Assembly (NCBI GenBank): GCA_043739185.1
Contig: JAYUEN010000083.1
Coordinates: 1-20,502 of the forward strand
Direction: 5' to 3'
DNA length: 20,502 nucleotides
Source: Bdellovibrionales bacterium
Lineage (GTDB): Bacteria > Bdellovibrionota > Bdellovibrionia > Bdellovibrionales > JAMPXM01
Shown here: one piece after another, positions 16,349 through 20,502 of the stretch
How the letters are laid out: every line of letters starts with the position of its first letter
How positions within the stretch are numbered: position 1 is the stretch's first letter
Made by a program: the position numbers and the translations under genes
The notes under the pieces: model-generated
What the model was told of the DNA's origin: nothing
What the model saw: the letters and a program-made list of their open reading frames with translations, nothing else
Database searches by the model: none

Positions 16349-17509
16349 CTAAGGTTTAACAGGAGCTGGTGGCGCCACAAAACTAACTAGTGATACACGG
16401 GCACCGACGCGAATTTTTGAATTTCCTGAATACTTCATGCTGCCGAGAACACTAAAATTATCGTCTACATATTCAACGACTCCCATTGCAGTGGGAATCG
16501 TTGGGTTATCAGGAATAGAACTAACAAGTCTTGAAGAGCAGGGTGAGCCAATCCATTGATAATTCAAATTAGAGATTGAAAATGTATCTCCTAATTTCAC
16601 ACCATTTTGCGCTCCACCGCGAATTGCGATATGAGTATCATTGTCACAGTTTTGACAATAGACCACTCTTGATTCCCAATCTTGATTCCAGTCTGGATTG
16701 CGAGCAGCAGTATAGTTAGCAACGATATTTGAAATGGCAGAATCCATTGCTGAACGAATGGCATCTGAAATGGCAGACTTAAAGAAAAAGTTGAGACCTA
16801 GTTGACCATAACCCAACTTTGCACTGATCGAAGTCTGGTATGATTTCGCATCGCCAATTTGCAAGGGCAATTGTGTGAGAGGACGATCTAGTCTCAATCT
16901 TAAACTTAAAGTCGTTTGCGAATAATCTACGCCTATTGATCCTTGAGAAGTTGGAGTCTTGCCAAAGCCGATATCGAGTCCACCACCAGCACTGGCAGAA
17001 AAATCAAGTATGTCGCCGCCAATTGAAAATTCAGGAGTCGAATAAGTGCAAGTGATATTGCCTGGAGAAGCAGGTGATGCTGTATCCATCATATGTACAC
17101 CGCTATAGTTTTGCATTGGGACTTCTGAAACATATTGGGCGCTAACTAAGCCATAACTTCTTAAGACTGCAATTTGTTTTTGTGCAGCCACTCCTGAAGT
17201 GACATGCGGAGAAGCCACCGACGGAGGGGCAACTACTGGGAGTGGAGTTGCAATCGTCATATGATCACTATTAATGACCTCGCCGTAAAAGAGTGCGTTG
17301 GCGATATAAGGAAAGTCTACAATTTCTCCAGAGGGCATTGTCACCTTTTGGGCCTGGACCTCGCCAACAGTTGTATCCATCTTTAAAATTCGACCGCCTG
17401 CTACTGGAGGGGGAGTTGCACAACTTTGGTTACCCATATTAAGGGAAGCAACTACGAGGAGAGCACTAATTGCTCCTCCTGATTTGATGCTCTTTAAGGT
17501 GTTGTTCAT
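16349..17509 (-). CDS. Hypothetical exported lipoprotein, tentatively CsgG/FlgT-like
   Basis: ATG 17509 with AGGAAAGGA SD; basic N-terminus, hydrophobic stretch, MGNQS-C. The central region has alternating beta-strand patterns. The C-terminal IAIRGGAQNGVKLGDTFSI...GVVEYVDDNFS resembles FlgT C-terminal domains (recognised by eye only). Confidence 0.6.
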   Translation of the reverse strand: MNNTLKSIKSGGAISALLVVASLNMGNQSCATPPPVAGGRILKMDTTVGEVQAQKVTMPSGEIVDFPYIANALFYGEVINSDHMTIATPLPVVAPPSVASPHVTSGVAAQKQIAVLRSYGLVSAQYVSEVPMQNYSGVHMMDTASPASPGNITCTYSTPEFSIGGDILDFSASAGGGLDIGFGKTPTSQGSIGVDYSQTTLSLRLRLDRPLTQLPLQIGDAKSYQTSISAKLGYGQLGLNFFFKSAISDAIRSAMDSAISNIVANYTAARNPDWNQDWESRVVYCQNCDNDTHIAIRGGAQNGVKLGDTFSISNLNYQWIGSPCSSRLVSSIPDNPTIPTAMGVVEYVDDNFSVLGSMKYSGNSKIRVGARVSLVSFVAPPAPVKP

Positions 17510-17588
17510 CTGTCGGTCCTTTCCTGTCGCGAGCCTATGAAGTGAGAAGTTACAGGTGTTGAGGCTCAAGTTTTGTTTTCCATCTGTA

Positions 17589-17615
17589 CTATCGTCATTG
17601 GCTCGACGAGCTTTA
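17589..17615 (-). promoter_or_regulatory. Putative sigma28 (FliA) promoter
   Basis: Minus strand TAAA-N15-GACGATAG versus consensus TAAA-N15-GCCGATAA, about 80 nt upstream of the lipoprotein ATG. Confidence 0.7.
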
Positions 17616-17830
17616 GGTCTGAGATACCAAAAGTCTAAGTACCCTATAGATCTGACGAATTTCTAGTTGTGTGTCAGAGCGTGACAAGGCAAGTGCTTGA
17701 TAATAGTTGAAAGTCACAAAACAGAATTCGAAAATATTTTTTAGGTACAAATTATTTTTCGACAATCGTCTCGGCTAGTCGAGTTTTTCATAGGGGAAAT
17801 CTGTAAAGAAACTATTCGAAAGCAAGACTT

Positions 17831-19477
17831 TCAGCGTGTCATATTTGATTGAGGGCGTTCCAGTTTTTGAATTAAAAAGGATTTCATCAAAGCTTCTTGA
17901 TGAGGCATTTCAAAATCTTCGCGCAAAATCTTAAATTCTTCAGGACCAACGTCAAGAGCTGTGGTAGCAGCTTTCAAAGCTTTTAGAAACTCCTTTGAGT
18001 TCATTTCTTCAAAATTACTACAAAATAATATTTTGCCAGAGGGATTCAAAATCGAAATGAGAAGACTCATTAATTCCGGTAAAGATTTTTCAATTTTAAA
18101 AATCTTTTTATCAATGCGTGCAAACGATGGCGGGTCACATACGATGAGATCAAACCTAATTTCCTTTTTTTTAGCCCAAGCTAAATACTCTAGCGAGTCG
18201 ATTTTGCGAAACTCATGTGGATTGGTTTCTAAACTGTTCAGAGAAAAGTTTGTTTTTGACCATTCTAAAAAATTTGCACTTACGTCGACGGATACGACCT
18301 GCACAGCACCACCCCTGGCCGCACAAATACTGAAACCACCAGTATATGAAAACAAATTTAGGACGCGAAGCCTTTGAGAGTTTTGCAGAATCCATTTTCG
18401 ATTATTTCTTTGATCTAAAAATAAGCCAGTCGACAAACCTGAATCGATGCGCAATTCATAATTGAGATTATTTTCTTTGATCTGCCAACGTTTAGGATAA
18501 TGAGGTGAGCTTTTCAATTCGCCAAATCCTCCCGGAGCTTTTTGGCGCTCTGATCTGAGTTGTATGAAGAACTTCAAATTATCTGTATTGATTTCGAGTT
18601 GCTGCAATTTGCCTTTCAAAAACTCGTAAAGAAATTCAATATTTTCAATTTGTGAGGCACTAGGTGGTTTGTCGTCGTACCAATTGAAAAATACATTATC
18701 GCCAAGCTGTTCGGCGCGAAGATGCTTGGTTTCGGTATGAAGCCATCGCCAAGTATTATTTTGTTTCAAAAATTGCTGAGCTGAAAGAAGCTGAGCATTT
18801 TTCAGCCACCAAAATCTCCGTTCGATGCCGCAAAGCCATTGGGCGAGTTCTGAATTTTGCAAAATTTGAAGATTTTCAAACAAATACGGGAGCGGTGAAG
18901 CAAACTCAAGCTTTTCGTGCTCTATTGAAAATTTAAGTGAATGGCTGTGAAGCATCATTCGAGAGAAATGTGCTCCGCCATGAAGGTGATCGCCTAAAAT
19001 TGGAATATTTAAACTCTGTGCGTGGAGCCTGATTTGATGGGGCTTTCCGCTTCTGGGTAGAGCCTTCCAGAGTTCGAAATCTTTATAAGAGTTTATTTTT
19101 TCAAAGTGCGTGAATGAATTCGGACTTTTATTTAAACTTACAAAGCGATCGCCTTGTTTTTCAATATAAGAAGAGTATTCAAATTCTGCGCGTTCTGTTT
19201 TGGCTCTTGTAACAAAAAAATAAGATTTTTGAACCGCATGATCTTCAAATTTTTTAGCCAACTGTGCGGCGGCGTGGCTTGAATTCGCTAGTACCAGCGC
19301 TCCTGAGGTTTCGCGGTCCAATCGATGACAGACATAAAAATTATTCTCTTGAGAATATTCTTTGGCGAGATTCACCGCCCATTCATGAATGCCAAAATGA
19401 AGTGGATCGGTTGTTGATGGCGAATGGGTCGACCAGCCCTGAGGTTTTTCTAAAAAAAGAAAATCACTAGTTGGCAT
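17831..19477 (-). CDS. Fusion of an RluA-family pseudouridine synthase (N-terminal) and an RlmK/RlmI-family class I SAM methyltransferase (C-terminal)
   Basis: N-terminal: KPQGW, HRLDRETSG, SGKPHQIRLH, PILGD, MLHS. C-terminal: STGLFLDQR, VLNLFSYTGGFS, VSVDVS, FDLIVCDPPSF. Single uninterrupted 548 aa ORF. Confidence 0.9.
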   Translation of the reverse strand: MPTSDFLFLEKPQGWSTHSPSTTDPLHFGIHEWAVNLAKEYSQENNFYVCHRLDRETSGALVLANSSHAAAQLAKKFEDHAVQKSYFFVTRAKTERAEFEYSSYIEKQGDRFVSLNKSPNSFTHFEKINSYKDFELWKALPRSGKPHQIRLHAQSLNIPILGDHLHGGAHFSRMMLHSHSLKFSIEHEKLEFASPLPYLFENLQILQNSELAQWLCGIERRFWWLKNAQLLSAQQFLKQNNTWRWLHTETKHLRAEQLGDNVFFNWYDDKPPSASQIENIEFLYEFLKGKLQQLEINTDNLKFFIQLRSERQKAPGGFGELKSSPHYPKRWQIKENNLNYELRIDSGLSTGLFLDQRNNRKWILQNSQRLRVLNLFSYTGGFSICAARGGAVQVVSVDVSANFLEWSKTNFSLNSLETNPHEFRKIDSLEYLAWAKKKEIRFDLIVCDPPSFARIDKKIFKIEKSLPELMSLLISILNPSGKILFCSNFEEMNSKEFLKALKAATTALDVGPEEFKILREDFEMPHQEALMKSFLIQKLERPQSNMTR

Positions 19478-19485
19478 AGAAGCCG

Positions 19486-19974
19486 CTATTTTCTACATTC
19501 AGGGCAGATTCCGTAGAGCTCGAGAACATGATCGCTGAGTTCGAAGCCAAACTCCTTTGCAACTTTTGCTTGGAGTCTTTCAATTTCTGAATTTTCAAAT
19601 TCAACGATTTTTTGGCATTGCGTACAGGTGAGATGATCATGATGCTTTTTAAGCGCCCATTCATAGCGAGCCGGCATGCCACCGAGTCTAATTTCAGTAA
19701 CAAAACTATTCTCTGATAGCTTTCGCAAAAAGCGGTAAACCGTCGCAAAACCAATATCAGGATTCTTTTCGGTCACAATTTCAAATATTTCTTGCGCAGT
19801 AAAGTGCTTGGGACCAGAGCGAACCACCTCAATAATGGCTATGCGCTGATCGGTCACCTTTAAACCCAAATTTCGAATGACTGTCTTATTAGGTGTTTTG
19901 GCTGAGCGTGAGCTCTTTGCTAGTGGTAATTGAGCATGGCTAACTGGGAGTGAATTTTGTTGCTGTGAATTCAT
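19486..19974 (-). CDS. fur: Fur family metal-sensing regulator
   Basis: GLKVTDQR, HFTAQEIF, IGFATVYRFL, HHDHLTCTQC, IVEF, LYGICPEC. Confidence 0.93.
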   Translation of the reverse strand: MNSQQQNSLPVSHAQLPLAKSSRSAKTPNKTVIRNLGLKVTDQRIAIIEVVRSGPKHFTAQEIFEIVTEKNPDIGFATVYRFLRKLSENSFVTEIRLGGMPARYEWALKKHHDHLTCTQCQKIVEFENSEIERLQAKVAKEFGFELSDHVLELYGICPECRK

Positions 19975-20017
19975 AGATTGCGAGACTGCTTATTTTTTAA
20001 GATTGGGTCAAGCGAAA

Positions 20018-20036
20018 AATGAGAATCATTATCAAT
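20018..20036. promoter_or_regulatory. Fur box
   Basis: TGAGAAT-C-ATTATCA (20020-20034) is one mismatch from the 7-1-7 consensus TGATAATnATTATCA and lies about 45 bp upstream of fur. Confidence 0.8.
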
Positions 20037-20128
20037 TGGCGCTCCAAAAAATTACCTAATTTGGAACAAAAGAGCTTGCCAGGGCATTTGGAGTTCACTT
20101 AGATAGGTGTCTTCAAGTCAAGATATGT

Positions 20129-20205
20129 GCGGCCGTAGCTCAGTTGGATAGAGTACTTGGCTTCGAACCAAGGAGTCGGGAGTTCGAATCTCTCCGGCCG
20201 CACCA
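20129..20205 (+). tRNA. tRNA-Arg (anticodon TCG)
   Basis: 77 nt cloverleaf: acceptor GCGGCCG/CGGCCGC, D arm GCTC/GAGT, anticodon arm CTTGG-CT TCG AA-CCAAG (TCG at 20163-20165), T arm GGGAG-TTCGAAT-CTCTC, encoded CCA. Confidence 0.97.
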
Positions 20206-20298
20206 ATTTAAAAGTCACCGGATTTTAGAACAGCAGCTAAAGTAACGAAAACACAAACAAATGGTTTCAATGAGTTACAAGGTCTCTCGCAAGATCGA

Positions 20299-20364
20299 AT
20301 CACACAACATCACAGGCAATCACGCTTGTGATCTTAGTAAAGTCTTACTGAAGACTGAGTAAGA
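20299..20364. repeat. Phased ATCAC direct repeats and nested palindromes downstream of the tRNA
   Basis: ATCAC at 20299, 20309 and 20319; inverted GTGAT at 20328; AGTAA-N4-TTACT (20336-20349), AGTCTT-N4-AAGACT (20341-20356) and TCTTACT-N8-AGTAAGA (20343-20364). Confidence 0.7.
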
Positions 20365-20441
20365 AGTCGCGGTTTCAAGAGCAGATGTATCCACTCTAGT
20401 TTGAATCAAAGAGCCAACTTTAAAAAAGAAAGAGGCTCGTT

Positions 20442-20502
20442 ATGAATCTAATTTTCACACCTTTAAGATGGCTGATCGAATTCACCATTATTGTAGGCCT
20501 TG
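20442..20502 (+). CDS. Hypothetical protein, N-terminus only (MNLIFTPLRWLIEFTIIVGL...), truncated by the window edge
   Basis: ATG preceded by AAGAGG SD; the frame is open to the window end; hydrophobic start. Confidence 0.45.
   Translation, partial: MNLIFTPLRWLIEFTIIVGL

Noticed and set aside
1435..17386. Remaining 60-91 aa ORFs in the track
   Set aside because: All overlap well-supported longer genes in antisense or alternate frames and lack recognisable motifs.
17510..17830. c-di-GMP riboswitch or sRNA in the long intergenic region
   Set aside because: I could not identify GEMM-motif elements or a convincing stable structure by eye; an Rfam/Infernal scan would be needed.
17961..18377. 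138 aa plus-strand ORF
   Set aside because: It is antisense to the methyltransferase domain, with no SD or motif support.
19467..19754. 95 aa ORF overlapping fur in another frame and ending inside the fusion gene start
   Set aside because: It is fully explained as an off-frame reading of fur, with no evidence for a frameshift product.
20299..20364. Possible CRISPR or iteron array
   Set aside because: The repeat units are only 5-7 bp, there are no 25-40 bp repeats with spacers, and no cas or rep gene is present.

Overview
This is an ordinary-looking bacterial chromosomal segment, moderately AT-rich. It is probably from a Bdellovibrionota-like organism; that is an inference from the GbsR-like regulator, the atypical lipobox, the FliA-type promoter and the tRNA-Arg(UCG). 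Gene order: partial hinT and osmC (-); lemA plus two TPM-domain genes (+); marR (-) divergent from a tolC-emrA-emrB efflux operon (+); iscA and iscS (-); an isovaleryl-CoA-type acyl-CoA dehydrogenase (+); a GbsR/MarR regulator (-); trmH (+); a tightly coupled operon GT4 / SDR epimerase / HddC-like nucleotidyltransferase / HddA-like GHMP kinase / queF (+); a putative CsgG/FlgT-like lipoprotein with a sigma28-type promoter (-); a fused RluA-family pseudouridine synthase-RlmK-like methyltransferase downstream of fur (-); a near-consensus Fur box; tRNA-Arg(TCG); and a repeat-rich stretch that may be the att end of an integrated element, followed by a truncated ORF. The most notable items are the pseudouridine synthase-methyltransferase fusion coupled to fur, queF at the end of a heptose/glycosylation operon, the FliA-driven orphan lipoprotein and the phased repeats after the tRNA. 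No CRISPR array, transposase or integrase gene is visible. I cannot show from sequence alone that any of these is a new system.
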